A stretch of 32,000 nucleotides of DNA from Candidatus Harpocratesius repetitus (lineage in GTDB: Archaea; Asgardarchaeota; Lokiarchaeia; Sigyniarchaeales; Promethearchaeaceae). The translations under genes and the position numbers were made by a program. Shown in pieces: positions 6,701 to 15,926 of the stretch (the first letter of the stretch is position 1; the number at the start of each line of letters is the position of its first letter). The stretch lies in NCBI GenBank assembly GCA_021498095.1, contig JAIZWK010000001.1, positions 1 to 32,000 on the forward strand. Reading direction: 5' to 3'. A model generated the notes under the pieces. It was not told the origin of the DNA, searched no databases, and saw only the letters and a list, made by a program, of their open reading frames with translations.

Positions 6701-8386
6701 TTAATTATCCATAATTTTTTCTGCAAGTTCGGGATTCCATTTGCGAATATCAGCAGCAAGTGCATGGAACTTCTCAATAGCATCCTTTATGCTTAAATGT
6801 GGAGGTTCAGGTTCAGAATATTCACCATTTTTCATATATACACGCATATCAGGTTCAACAACAATCTTACTTTCTTCTGTCAAAGTTTTTATCCATTCGG
6901 TATATTTGGCACGATCCCATCTTCGAAATGCCAATAAAGATTCAAAATGAGAAGAAATTGTTTCAAAAATGGATTTACCTTTTAAAATTGCATCACGAGC
7001 TTGAACCATAGATTTAGCGCCTCCAAATGTTCCTAAAGGATGAGAATGAGTTCCTCCTCCGGCTTGACAAATAATATCTTGATTAGGCACATCACTGTTA
7101 GGATTCATTACACGGGCAACATCCCATAAAACAGTCGCTTTTAGACCTCCAGAACAAATAGGCCGCATAGTTTTAATTTTACCCAAAGGTCGAACACAAG
7201 CTTCCATATTTTCTAAAACAGTATGTGATGATGCTTCCATTTTTCCCAATGGTGCGCCAATGTGAAATTGATCAATCCCACCTAATCTTGCAATCAAAGT
7301 CCATACTTTCATTGAAACTCCATGGCGTAAATCCATAGGTTGACCGTCAACAATAATCTCAGGAAAAATTGTTTGTGCTCCATGACCTGCTCGATGTCCA
7401 TGAAGAATCATATGTGGAAACTTTTTTCGAATGGTTTGAACTCCAACCATCCCAGTGGCAAGAATATCAATCATAAGACAGTTTCCACCAAGAGATCGAA
7501 TTAATTCTCCCCGCTTAATCATTTCGTCCATATCTCCATGAGTTATATTCGCAACGTAGATAAGATTCCGACCTGTTAGATTAGTAATTCGATGACATTC
7601 ATTCAATACTAACTGGGCGCGTTTTTCAAAGGTACAATAGTCTTGAGAGGTAAGATTCTCATCATCTTTAACAACATCCAATCCCCCTTCAAATGAACGG
7701 CGTGCAGCTTTTGCCCAATCTTCTTCACTTAGTCCTGTCTTTGGTTTGACAATTGTGCCTACTGTCATGTAATTTCCTAATATTTCTTTAATTCCAACAT
7801 TTCCTAAAGTTGGACCAATAAAACTATTAGCATATTTATCTGGAAAATCCACATCTTCTAAACGCACACCCCATGCTGCACTTGTCATTCCGGTATAATT
7901 TCCCATAATTACGCTTAATAATTGTGGAATATTACCCGGCTCAAAACCTTCAACAGGTAATGCAATTGCAGCCATACCAGAAAAAAAGTTTAATCCAATA
8001 ATTTTTGCTTCTAATTTTTTCATATTACGTTTAGAATTTTCGTCCATCTCCTCTGGAAGAAGAGTTTTCAAATCAGGATCCCATGTTCCAGTAGATTCTT
8101 CTGCAGCAATTTCCAACGCTGCTCGATAAAGTCCATAACGAAGTGTCCAACCTTCTCGTAATTTTGGGCTTATCGAAAGATACATTATAATGTAATTTTG
8201 CCGATAGTAGTTAAAGTCAAAAGACGTTTCAGGATCGAGTAAATATGGTCCTAATCGTTTACGCATTTGTTCGTCAATAAGTGCAGGATCTGGCACTTTA
8301 AAACCGTAATATTCATAACGGTTACAATCAATAATGGGGAGAGTAATTCTTTCTGGAAAAAACTCCCAATTTTTTACTTCTAACAT
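6701..8386 (-). CDS. rbcL: Ribulose-1,5-bisphosphate carboxylase large chain, form III-like, with terminal extensions
   Basis: All key motifs are present: AEESTGTW (E60/T65), GN (N123), IVKPK (K175/K177), KDDEN (K201/D203/E204), GHRAGH (H294/R295), HIGAPLGKM (H327/K334), SGG (S379/G381), GGG (G403/G404). Confidence 0.93.
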   Translation of the reverse strand: MLEVKNWEFFPERITLPIIDCNRYEYYGFKVPDPALIDEQMRKRLGPYLLDPETSFDFNYYRQNYIIMYLSISPKLREGWTLRYGLYRAALEIAAEESTGTWDPDLKTLLPEEMDENSKRNMKKLEAKIIGLNFFSGMAAIALPVEGFEPGNIPQLLSVIMGNYTGMTSAAWGVRLEDVDFPDKYANSFIGPTLGNVGIKEILGNYMTVGTIVKPKTGLSEEDWAKAARRSFEGGLDVVKDDENLTSQDYCTFEKRAQLVLNECHRITNLTGRNLIYVANITHGDMDEMIKRGELIRSLGGNCLMIDILATGMVGVQTIRKKFPHMILHGHRAGHGAQTIFPEIIVDGQPMDLRHGVSMKVWTLIARLGGIDQFHIGAPLGKMEASSHTVLENMEACVRPLGKIKTMRPICSGGLKATVLWDVARVMNPNSDVPNQDIICQAGGGTHSHPLGTFGGAKSMVQARDAILKGKSIFETISSHFESLLAFRRWDRAKYTEWIKTLTEESKIVVEPDMRVYMKNGEYSEPEPPHLSIKDAIEKFHALAADIRKWNPELAEKIMDN

Positions 8387-8489
8387 TTCACATTCTCCTT
8401 TTTTTTATTCTCGATTCATTTTTATTTAGTATATTTAATCCTTTACAACTTTCATTTAACTTGATATTTCCTATTTTAGAAAGAAAGAA

Positions 8490-9479
8490 TTAAATATTAA
8501 ATTCTAATTCTTCGTGTTCAATAGATTGATAAGCATTCTGCAAAAAAGGATATACTTGTTGAAAATTTGAATGAACTTGTCCACTAGGAAAAATTCCCGC
8601 TTCAGTAATAACTCCTGAAATATAAAGACGGTTGACTGTTTCAAAAGCAGGATTTAAGATTTTTAATTGCTCCGGCTTTTCATCCCAATCTTTGTAAATT
8701 TCAACCGTATCTCTCATTTCAATTTTCTCAAAATTACCAAACGCAGTCCCAGGATTATATTTCAATAGAGGAGTCGCAACATATAAGGGAATATGTTCTT
8801 CATGGGCAACTAATGCTAATAAACGAGAGCCAATTTTATTTAAAACAGTTCCTTCACTGGTAACTGCATCAGCTCCAATTATTATTAAATCTGTCCCTAA
8901 ATTTCGAGCAGCCCAACGCATTGCACTGTCAACAACTTGAATAACTTCAATTCCATGGTCGATCAGCTTTTTTGCTGTAATTCTTCCTTGATAAAATGGG
9001 CGAGTTTCGGTGGAAATCACCTTAAACTGCCGTCCTTGCTTCTTTGCTTCCACAAGAATTGCTTCTACAATACTACTATGACAATGAGTTTGAACAACAA
9101 ATGGTTCTGAAGAATTTTTAGGGATTAATCTCGCACCATATTTAGCAATTTGACTTTTAGATGCTTTTAAAATGCTGATATATTCATTTCCATATATTTC
9201 AACCATTTTTGCGAGATTAACTTCAATACCCTGTTGATGATCATGCTTTATTTTGCCTAAAATGAATAAAAGACCATTTCGCATCGCGGGTTCTGTGCTA
9301 CGAGATCTCGCAAAAACTTGTTCTGCTGTTAAAAGATCTTTCCAAAGAGATTCGTTTGATTCATCTTTATGTCGTTGAGCAAATGCAATGAATTCCTTAA
9401 CTGCATAGATGGCAATATTGGTTGCACCTTGAATTTCTAAAGAAGTAATTTTCAACGCTGCTGATTTTAAACGATCCAT
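8490..9479 (-). CDS. e2b2: Ribose-1,5-bisphosphate isomerase (eIF-2B alpha/beta/delta family)
   Basis: EIQGA, THCHS (catalytic Cys), TETRP..QG, GADAV (catalytic Asp), NKIG, IEMRD and NPAFE motifs; directly upstream of and co-oriented with rbcL. Confidence 0.9.
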   Translation of the reverse strand: MDRLKSAALKITSLEIQGATNIAIYAVKEFIAFAQRHKDESNESLWKDLLTAEQVFARSRSTEPAMRNGLLFILGKIKHDHQQGIEVNLAKMVEIYGNEYISILKASKSQIAKYGARLIPKNSSEPFVVQTHCHSSIVEAILVEAKKQGRQFKVISTETRPFYQGRITAKKLIDHGIEVIQVVDSAMRWAARNLGTDLIIIGADAVTSEGTVLNKIGSRLLALVAHEEHIPLYVATPLLKYNPGTAFGNFEKIEMRDTVEIYKDWDEKPEQLKILNPAFETVNRLYISGVITEAGIFPSGQVHSNFQQVYPFLQNAYQSIEHEELEFNI

Positions 9480-9720
9480 AATTCTATCATATCCAAACTT
9501 TTTTTCTATACGACTAATAATTGTTATAACTGCTTCCTAAAATTCTTTGTATTTGTTTATATAAAAATAAATTATAGGATGAAAGTTATCATATTCGTAA
9601 AAATTATTATTTAATTATTTATACTTTCTTGACCAATGAAAATACAACTATCGAAATTAAACATTTATTTTTTAAAAGTTGAGATTTCAAATTTTTTTTT
9701 AAGATTATGTTAATTTTCTG

Positions 9721-12510
9721 GTGAAAAGCATGAATTTAATGAAAAAAACTTCCATCTCCGTTTCCCTCTTAATTTTTATATTATTTCTCGGCTTGGTGGG
9801 AATTAATCTCTTTATTCCATTTACAGCAGCTCAAACCTCGAATCCTACAGAGGTGCTCTACCTGGGAGAAGAAAATGAACATGTTGCTAAAGCTTTAATG
9901 CTTGATTCAGATAATATGCATGTTACTGTTCAAAATCCATCGAATGTTGATCTTTCAAACTTAGATGAATACGACGTGGTGGTAATAAATGATGTATTAA
10001 TATCTGCGAGTGCCCGTTCCACATTAGTTTCATGGGGATCGCAAACAGATCACGGAATAATGGTGATTATGGGGCCTCAACTAACTGCAGATTCATCTCT
10101 TTTGGTGGATTTGGGAATATCTACATCGAATTCGTTTTCAAATAACTCAGGATATATTAATGAACCTGATGAATTAAATGACAAAAAAGGCCTTTCATTA
10201 GTCTCAGATGAATTTAAAAATAGCACACTTCCCTTTATCTCGTCAGTTGTATGGAATACCGCTCCGGAAACCTTCTATTTTACGCTCATGACAAATCTAA
10301 CCCCAGAAATTAAAACTATCGTAAGAATGCAATGGACGGATGCAAATTTTACTAAAACGAACTACCCACTAATTGCGGGAAGATCTTTGGGAAGTAACAA
10401 TCATTTGAATGTGTATGTGTTTACGGGATGGTTCCAAAACGAATTCGATGATACAGATTCCAATCAACATTTTATGGTCTGGTTATATTTTAATTATCTT
10501 ATGTATTCAACAGCCCAAAGTACAGTAAGTTATCCCAATATTCCACTTTATGGAGATTGGTTAGGCAGTCCTGTACCACACTTCCAAGCCAGACTTATTT
10601 TAGGAATTGTAGTGTTGCTAATAGGTGTAGGTTCCACCGTGGCATATTATTATGTTAGAAAAAATAAAAAGGAGCATCGGGAAATATTCATCAGTGATGA
10701 AATTATAGTTGACAAGAAAGAGAAAGAAGAAATTCCCGCAGATGAAATTTTTGTAGATAAAAGTGATAAGTGGGAAGTTGTAGGAATGCATCGACAAATT
10801 GCCGGGTTCTTCAAACTCTTCTTTGTAATGATTTTACTATTAATTCCACAGTTGATTGTAACTTCTTTCGTTATGCCTGTGTACTTAAATCCATATCCTC
10901 AATCGAGTGGATGGTATTCCTACACGCTCCATTTCTTTGAAGCAATATGGCTGGTTTTTGATATGGGTTTTAACTTCGCAATAACAAAGTTTTTTGCCCA
11001 ACACAGAATAGAAAGACCAGAAAAGGCATATCACTACGTGCAACTCTTTATTTGGTGGGAGATTCTTTCGGGCGTAGCACAAGTATTTTTCGTAGCTTTT
11101 ATAGGCTCATTTATATTCCCACACACAAACTTTTCCTATCTATCTTGGATGTTTGTTGTGCATTCTCTAATTCAATTCCCTGGAATATTTTTGGTATTTC
11201 AGTATTTCTTCCAGGCATATCAGCGAACTGATTTCAGCATGATTTCATTTGCCCTCCAAGTATTCGTTCTGCGACTGGCACTTCAAATCGCGACTGTTCC
11301 CATTTTCAAGGCCATTTTTGCGAATAATATTATGTATGGTCCTGCATTTGGCGCAGGAATCGGTATGCTGGTTGGACAACTGCTGGGTGATTGGGTATTA
11401 TTCGGAATTACCTTGAAAATGTATAAAAGTTTAAAATTACCACTACTTCCTATCTTTACAGCAGATTTCACCAAATCTGAATTTGTAGAGACATTTAAAT
11501 TCGGAGGAAAAATGGTACTAGGCCAAATGTGGGTACCATTAGGTTGGCTTTTACAGGTTTTTCTAGTAGCTATTTATTTACCCAACAGTAGCGCTGAACA
11601 AGGCTATTTTGAATTAGCATATACTGTTTCAACCATACCTCAAGCGATATCTTTATTAATGACTTCAATGTTAGGAGGTTTAACAGAAGCTTATGAATAT
11701 AAAAAGACAAATCTTCACAATTATACATCTTTTTCAGGAACCAAATGGGGAAGTTTGTGGACATTTTATCTTGTATCAACATTCTTAGCCATTGGAGGAC
11801 CTTTTATATTAGGTGCAAGTGGACCTAATTGGGCTCGGGCTGCATCATTAATTCCTCTTTTAATGCTATTTCAAGCACTTGGACCTACATCTTGGCAGGC
11901 AGATTACGAATTTGCCGCGGCGAATAAACCAATTTATGCAGGAATTGCATGGATAGTCGAGCAATTTATCCGGGGAATTCTTACTTTCGTCCTTTTGGCA
12001 GAAATGCATGTTATGGAAGCAGTAATCATCGCATACATTATCTCACTTTCCATTAAAAACGTTTTAGTGTTAATTTTGATTCGAACTAAAATCCATAAAT
12101 GGGATTGGAATGTTTGGCAGGCATATATTGCTCCTCTGCTTTCTGCGGCTGTAAATTATCTCATTCTTAGAGGTGTGATCTTTTTGGTAATTGATGTAAT
12201 GTTTGGTGGAGAATACAACATTATTAATGCTATAATTTTATTTGTTATAGGAATGTTCGCTATGGAATACATATATGCTTTTATTGACGGATTATTTGGT
12301 GGATTCTGTGATAATACACTTAGTGAATTAGACGTTGCTACCAATATGGTTACAGGCGTGAAAGGTTTGGCTCGAGGATATTATAAAATGGTTGCTCTTG
12401 GTGCTAAACTATCACCACTTCACAATAAGTTTAAAATAAAGGTTTACGACGACGCTTTTAGAGAAGCACAAGAGCTTACTGATATCAAAAAGAAAGTGGT
12501 TAAGAATTAG
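9721..12510 (+). CDS. MOP/MATE-superfamily flippase-like membrane protein with N-terminal extracytoplasmic domain
   Basis: Signal or anchor peptide, ~260-aa soluble alpha/beta domain, one TM helix, then about 12-14 hydrophobic helices with FDMGFNFAITKFFAQHR, typical of the first segment of polysaccharide-export/MOP flippases. Confidence 0.65.
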   Translation: MKSMNLMKKTSISVSLLIFILFLGLVGINLFIPFTAAQTSNPTEVLYLGEENEHVAKALMLDSDNMHVTVQNPSNVDLSNLDEYDVVVINDVLISASARSTLVSWGSQTDHGIMVIMGPQLTADSSLLVDLGISTSNSFSNNSGYINEPDELNDKKGLSLVSDEFKNSTLPFISSVVWNTAPETFYFTLMTNLTPEIKTIVRMQWTDANFTKTNYPLIAGRSLGSNNHLNVYVFTGWFQNEFDDTDSNQHFMVWLYFNYLMYSTAQSTVSYPNIPLYGDWLGSPVPHFQARLILGIVVLLIGVGSTVAYYYVRKNKKEHREIFISDEIIVDKKEKEEIPADEIFVDKSDKWEVVGMHRQIAGFFKLFFVMILLLIPQLIVTSFVMPVYLNPYPQSSGWYSYTLHFFEAIWLVFDMGFNFAITKFFAQHRIERPEKAYHYVQLFIWWEILSGVAQVFFVAFIGSFIFPHTNFSYLSWMFVVHSLIQFPGIFLVFQYFFQAYQRTDFSMISFALQVFVLRLALQIATVPIFKAIFANNIMYGPAFGAGIGMLVGQLLGDWVLFGITLKMYKSLKLPLLPIFTADFTKSEFVETFKFGGKMVLGQMWVPLGWLLQVFLVAIYLPNSSAEQGYFELAYTVSTIPQAISLLMTSMLGGLTEAYEYKKTNLHNYTSFSGTKWGSLWTFYLVSTFLAIGGPFILGASGPNWARAASLIPLLMLFQALGPTSWQADYEFAAANKPIYAGIAWIVEQFIRGILTFVLLAEMHVMEAVIIAYIISLSIKNVLVLILIRTKIHKWDWNVWQAYIAPLLSAAVNYLILRGVIFLVIDVMFGGEYNIINAIILFVIGMFAMEYIYAFIDGLFGGFCDNTLSELDVATNMVTGVKGLARGYYKMVALGAKLSPLHNKFKIKVYDDAFREAQELTDIKKKVVKN

Positions 12511-12626
12511 AAAACCTTCCTTCACTCAATCCACATCTTATTTTTTTTATTTTTCTGATCTTCTGATATTTTTTCGTTGAATTCTGCTGATATATTAGTG
12601 GTGTTGATGAACCCAGCCATTAAAGT

Positions 12627-12983
12627 TTAATGCTGTCGCAAGTGAGATTCAATAAATTTTCGAACCGAGCTTTTTCCTTTAATTATACCATAATGTCCTT
12701 CACAAAGTATATCGGGCTCAAATGAAAGCAGATATTTCATTGATTTTCGCCAATCTTCGACATTTGAATTAAACTCTTCCATGAAGGGTCCGTGAATATC
12801 TTGTCCGAATAAAATCGTTCCAAATTTAGGATGAAGATAAATCACACTGATAGAACCTGGTGTGTGTCCTGGAGTATGAATTATTTTTAACTCAAGCCCA
12901 TTTAATCGGAGTATATATTCATCATCTTTAATTGATTGATCAACCTTTACAGCTATATAATTTACAAATCTTAATTTAACAAT
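12627..12983 (-). pseudogene. 5'-truncated MBL-fold metallo-hydrolase
   Basis: The frame is open upstream of the tracked GTG (12845) to a TAG at 12984-12986, adding IHTPGHTPGSIS. It contains the later MBL motifs (PGH, GQD, EGH) but no HxHxDH, and there is no start codon upstream. Confidence 0.7.
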
Positions 12984-13039
12984 CTATCAATTTTTCCATA
13001 TCTTTTTTTTAAATCTTCCCTTTACTTTAATGATTCTCA

Positions 13040-13930
13040 ATGCGATCTTCTCTCGTTGTTAAATCGAAATTTGAGCATATTTGTAATGCCCAATATATTC
13101 CAATGAGCGATGGAACTCAAATTCAAGTTCTTACCACAAAATTGAAAGATCTTTCAGATAACTCTCAACAATCTGCTACCATACCTCATTATACTCTTAT
13201 GCTCATTCCAGGCTGGGGAACAATTGTTCCATCTTGGGATTCTTTCTTAATGGAAGCAGTTAATTTATTTAATATCGTCTATTTCGAATCTCGAGAAAAA
13301 GATTCAAGCATTCTGGGAAAGCATATACATTCGAATATGGACAGATTGGCACAAGACATTGAAGAAACAATAAAATTTCTAAAAATTCCTTCCAACCAAT
13401 TAATTTTGGTTGGTTCTTGCATCGGTGCAAATACTATCGCATATGGTTTAATGAACAACCGTTTTTCACCAAAATTAACAATTTTTATTGGTCCTCAACT
13501 GCATTTTCCACTACCTTGGTATGCCCGTTTTCTCATTCCTATTTCACCACATTGGCTCTTTCGTTTTTTCCGCCCAATTTTGCGATTTTGGGTAAAATAC
13601 TTTCAAACTGCCGATAAAGATCAAGCACAAAAATATATTAGAATAATTAATGAAGCAGATTCAAAGAAGTGGAAGAAAGTCGGAAAGGCAATAGCATTTG
13701 AGCAATTTGACTCAATATATCCACAAATTACCCAAACTGTGCATGTAATAGGAGAAGGAAATGATAAAATGCATAAAGCATCCGATGCTTTGAAAATTGC
13801 TCAATTACTTAAGAATGCAGTATTTGTCATGATGGATAGTAATGCAGCCACACATAGTGGGGAAATGGCTCAAAAAATCCACAATCTAATCCTTCAAGAG
13901 CAATCAGCACGAATTAACGAGGATTTTTAA
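13040..13930 (+). CDS. Alpha/beta-hydrolase fold protein with Cys at the nucleophile elbow
   Basis: LIPGWG oxyanion strand, LVGSCIGA elbow, GEGND acid, ATHSG histidine. Confidence 0.75.
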   Translation: MRSSLVVKSKFEHICNAQYIPMSDGTQIQVLTTKLKDLSDNSQQSATIPHYTLMLIPGWGTIVPSWDSFLMEAVNLFNIVYFESREKDSSILGKHIHSNMDRLAQDIEETIKFLKIPSNQLILVGSCIGANTIAYGLMNNRFSPKLTIFIGPQLHFPLPWYARFLIPISPHWLFRFFRPILRFWVKYFQTADKDQAQKYIRIINEADSKKWKKVGKAIAFEQFDSIYPQITQTVHVIGEGNDKMHKASDALKIAQLLKNAVFVMMDSNAATHSGEMAQKIHNLILQEQSARINEDF

Positions 13931-13958
13931 AAAAATATTCATAATTAAATCTATTTGA

Positions 13959-15215
13959 TTATTTTTTTATCTGCATTGTTCCTTCAGAATCAAAAACTAT
14001 ATGTAAACCCTCTTCGATAATGTCCAAATGCGAATTCTGTTCGATTTGTGAGCGATAATCTTCTGAAACAAGAAATTCTTCCAATTCAAGAGTATTTTTA
14101 ATCCAAACTAATCGAAATTGAGAAATATCATCATTACGTCCCGACATTTGGGTTGCAATCTTAAGAACTTCAAAATCATTATTCAAAGCCATTGGAACTT
14201 TACATGTGTCTGTGCGGTAAGCTGTTTGAGAATTAAGATATGTAGATTTAAAATCGATTTTTTTTAGAAGTTTTTGAGAAGTAAAATCAGCAAGACCAAT
14301 TCCTTGAGCATTACCATGCGTAGATTCTGTCAAATCACGAATATATAAACGATGAACTTTCATGGTTGATCCTTCTTTCCGCCCCGTAATATTGGTATCC
14401 ATACCAGTCCCACTAAATTCTTTCCCCATTTCATCCACGACCAGCAAATCAATCTCTGGAAATGGAATTCGTGCCATCCATTGATATGCTAACTTAAGTA
14501 ACTCCGGCTCTTGCTTTGGAATTTGCTCAGGTATCAAACACTTTAAAAGCCCTATCTCTTCGTATGCATTCTGTAAAATAGCCAATCCCCCTAAAACTGG
14601 AACCTTATTCAATAAAACATCATATACAGCGAAGGCAATATCATCCCATGAAAAATGTTCGGCTGCACGATGATAAATCCGAGCACCTTCTCGTTTTCCC
14701 ATTCCAATTAAACACATTTTCATCAAACCACTTTCAACTGTGGCGGTAAATTTTGTGTGAGGTTTGATTCGATTAACAACAAAAATATGATCCGCTTGTG
14801 CTGCATAATGATCGAGATAAACTGGAGTTCCCAGCGAGGTATAATCAATTAGATCAACATCCATAGTTCCCTTAATTGGACAACCTGTGATTTCTTCTGT
14901 AATTCCATAGTTTGTCAAAATCTGAAGCTGTCCTTCGCGGGTACCTCCACCATGACTACCCATAGCAGGAAAGATGAATGGTTCAGCCCCAAGTTGCTTA
15001 AATTCATGAACAATGCATTTTAATATTAAGGAAATATGGCAGATTCCCCGACTTCCTGCAGTAATCGCAACAGATTCTCCCTGTTTGACTCGATTTGCTA
15101 AGTTCAACTTTTGAAATTCGTTATGAATTACATTGGGAATTAAATCTTTAGATATTGATGGTTGATCAAAACTTTGTCGAATTCTGAGCATGGATGGTAA
15201 TTCAATATTTTTCAT
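13959..15215 (-). CDS. LarA-superfamily (DUF2088/DUF362-type, nickel-pincer-dependent isomerase-like) protein
   Basis: VAITAGSRGI, PAMGSHGGGT, NRIKPHT and ESGLMKMCLIGMGK motifs of this family. Confidence 0.75.
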   Translation of the reverse strand: MKNIELPSMLRIRQSFDQPSISKDLIPNVIHNEFQKLNLANRVKQGESVAITAGSRGICHISLILKCIVHEFKQLGAEPFIFPAMGSHGGGTREGQLQILTNYGITEEITGCPIKGTMDVDLIDYTSLGTPVYLDHYAAQADHIFVVNRIKPHTKFTATVESGLMKMCLIGMGKREGARIYHRAAEHFSWDDIAFAVYDVLLNKVPVLGGLAILQNAYEEIGLLKCLIPEQIPKQEPELLKLAYQWMARIPFPEIDLLVVDEMGKEFSGTGMDTNITGRKEGSTMKVHRLYIRDLTESTHGNAQGIGLADFTSQKLLKKIDFKSTYLNSQTAYRTDTCKVPMALNNDFEVLKIATQMSGRNDDISQFRLVWIKNTLELEEFLVSEDYRSQIEQNSHLDIIEEGLHIVFDSEGTMQIKK

Positions 15216-15355
15216 TTATCATTCACCAATCATTTATACAAATTATACAGTTATATTCAGTAGCATTATCTCACAACAATTCTTATTCGCACAGACCATA
15301 TTTCTGACTTTATTTCATTATTCTTTATCGATGTTAGCAACTGAAATAATCATAA

Positions 15356-15916
15356 TCAATTATTATTCCTTTCAATCTGATTTAATTCTCGTTCAAACCA
15401 GTAAAAAGCAGCAATAATAAATGTATTTGTTATTTTGCCTTCTCCAATCAACTCTCGTACTTTTTGGATGGAAACTAGCTCATATTCAATTTCTTCTGTA
15501 GGATCGAAATTAATCTGCCCAAAAGGACGAATATTTTTCGCTAAAAATGTATAACATATATTATTTTGAATGGCAGGATTGGCATCAACTCGGCCTATCA
15601 ATTTCCAATCATCTGATACAAAACCTGTCTCTTCTTCAAGTTCTCGCTGAATTCCAATTAAAGGTTCTTCATCGGGTTCTAATACTCCGCCGGGTATTTC
15701 TAATTCAACATGATCTGTGCCAAATCTATATTGCCTAATCAATAATATTTCGTTATTTTCCGTTAAACCGACAACATTAGCCCATCTTGGTGCATCGATA
15801 ACAAATGCGGTAAAATTCTGATCCCTTGTGGGATTATAATAATCTTTGCTCAAGATATTAAATGGTTTACTCCCAAAAATAATTCGTTGGGATTTCACAA
15901 TCCATTGAGATATCAT
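15356..15916 (-). CDS. NUDIX hydrolase (ADP-ribose pyrophosphatase-like); start revised to 15916
   Basis: Nudix box GGVLEPDEEPLIGIQRELEEETGF plus RQYR, ELEIP and ANP motifs. The tracked start at 15976 lies inside the adjacent IS, so the ATG at 15916 is preferred. Confidence 0.88.
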   Translation of the reverse strand: MISQWIVKSQRIIFGSKPFNILSKDYYNPTRDQNFTAFVIDAPRWANVVGLTENNEILLIRQYRFGTDHVELEIPGGVLEPDEEPLIGIQRELEEETGFVSDDWKLIGRVDANPAIQNNICYTFLAKNIRPFGQINFDPTEEIEYELVSIQKVRELIGEGKITNTFIIAAFYWFERELNQIERNNN

Positions 15917-15918
15917 AT

Positions 15919-15926
15919 TATTATAA
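15919..15926. repeat. Target-site duplication, left copy (TATTATAA)
   Basis: Identical 8-mer at 17410-17417, abutting the other IR. Confidence 0.85.

Noticed and set aside
6701-8386. Classification as form IV RuBisCO-like protein
   Set aside because: K175, K177, KDDE, H294, R295, H327, K334 and S379 equivalents are all present, and the gene is paired with R15P isomerase.
8490-9479. Translation factor eIF-2B subunit or MtnA
   Set aside because: The THCHS catalytic Cys, ADAV Asp and adjacency to RuBisCO fit ribose-1,5-bisphosphate isomerase better.
12984-12989. Pyrrolysine/Sec read-through restoring the truncated MBL gene
   Set aside because: TAG is directly preceded by TGA in frame, no MBL-like sequence lies beyond, and the divergent gene starts at 13040.
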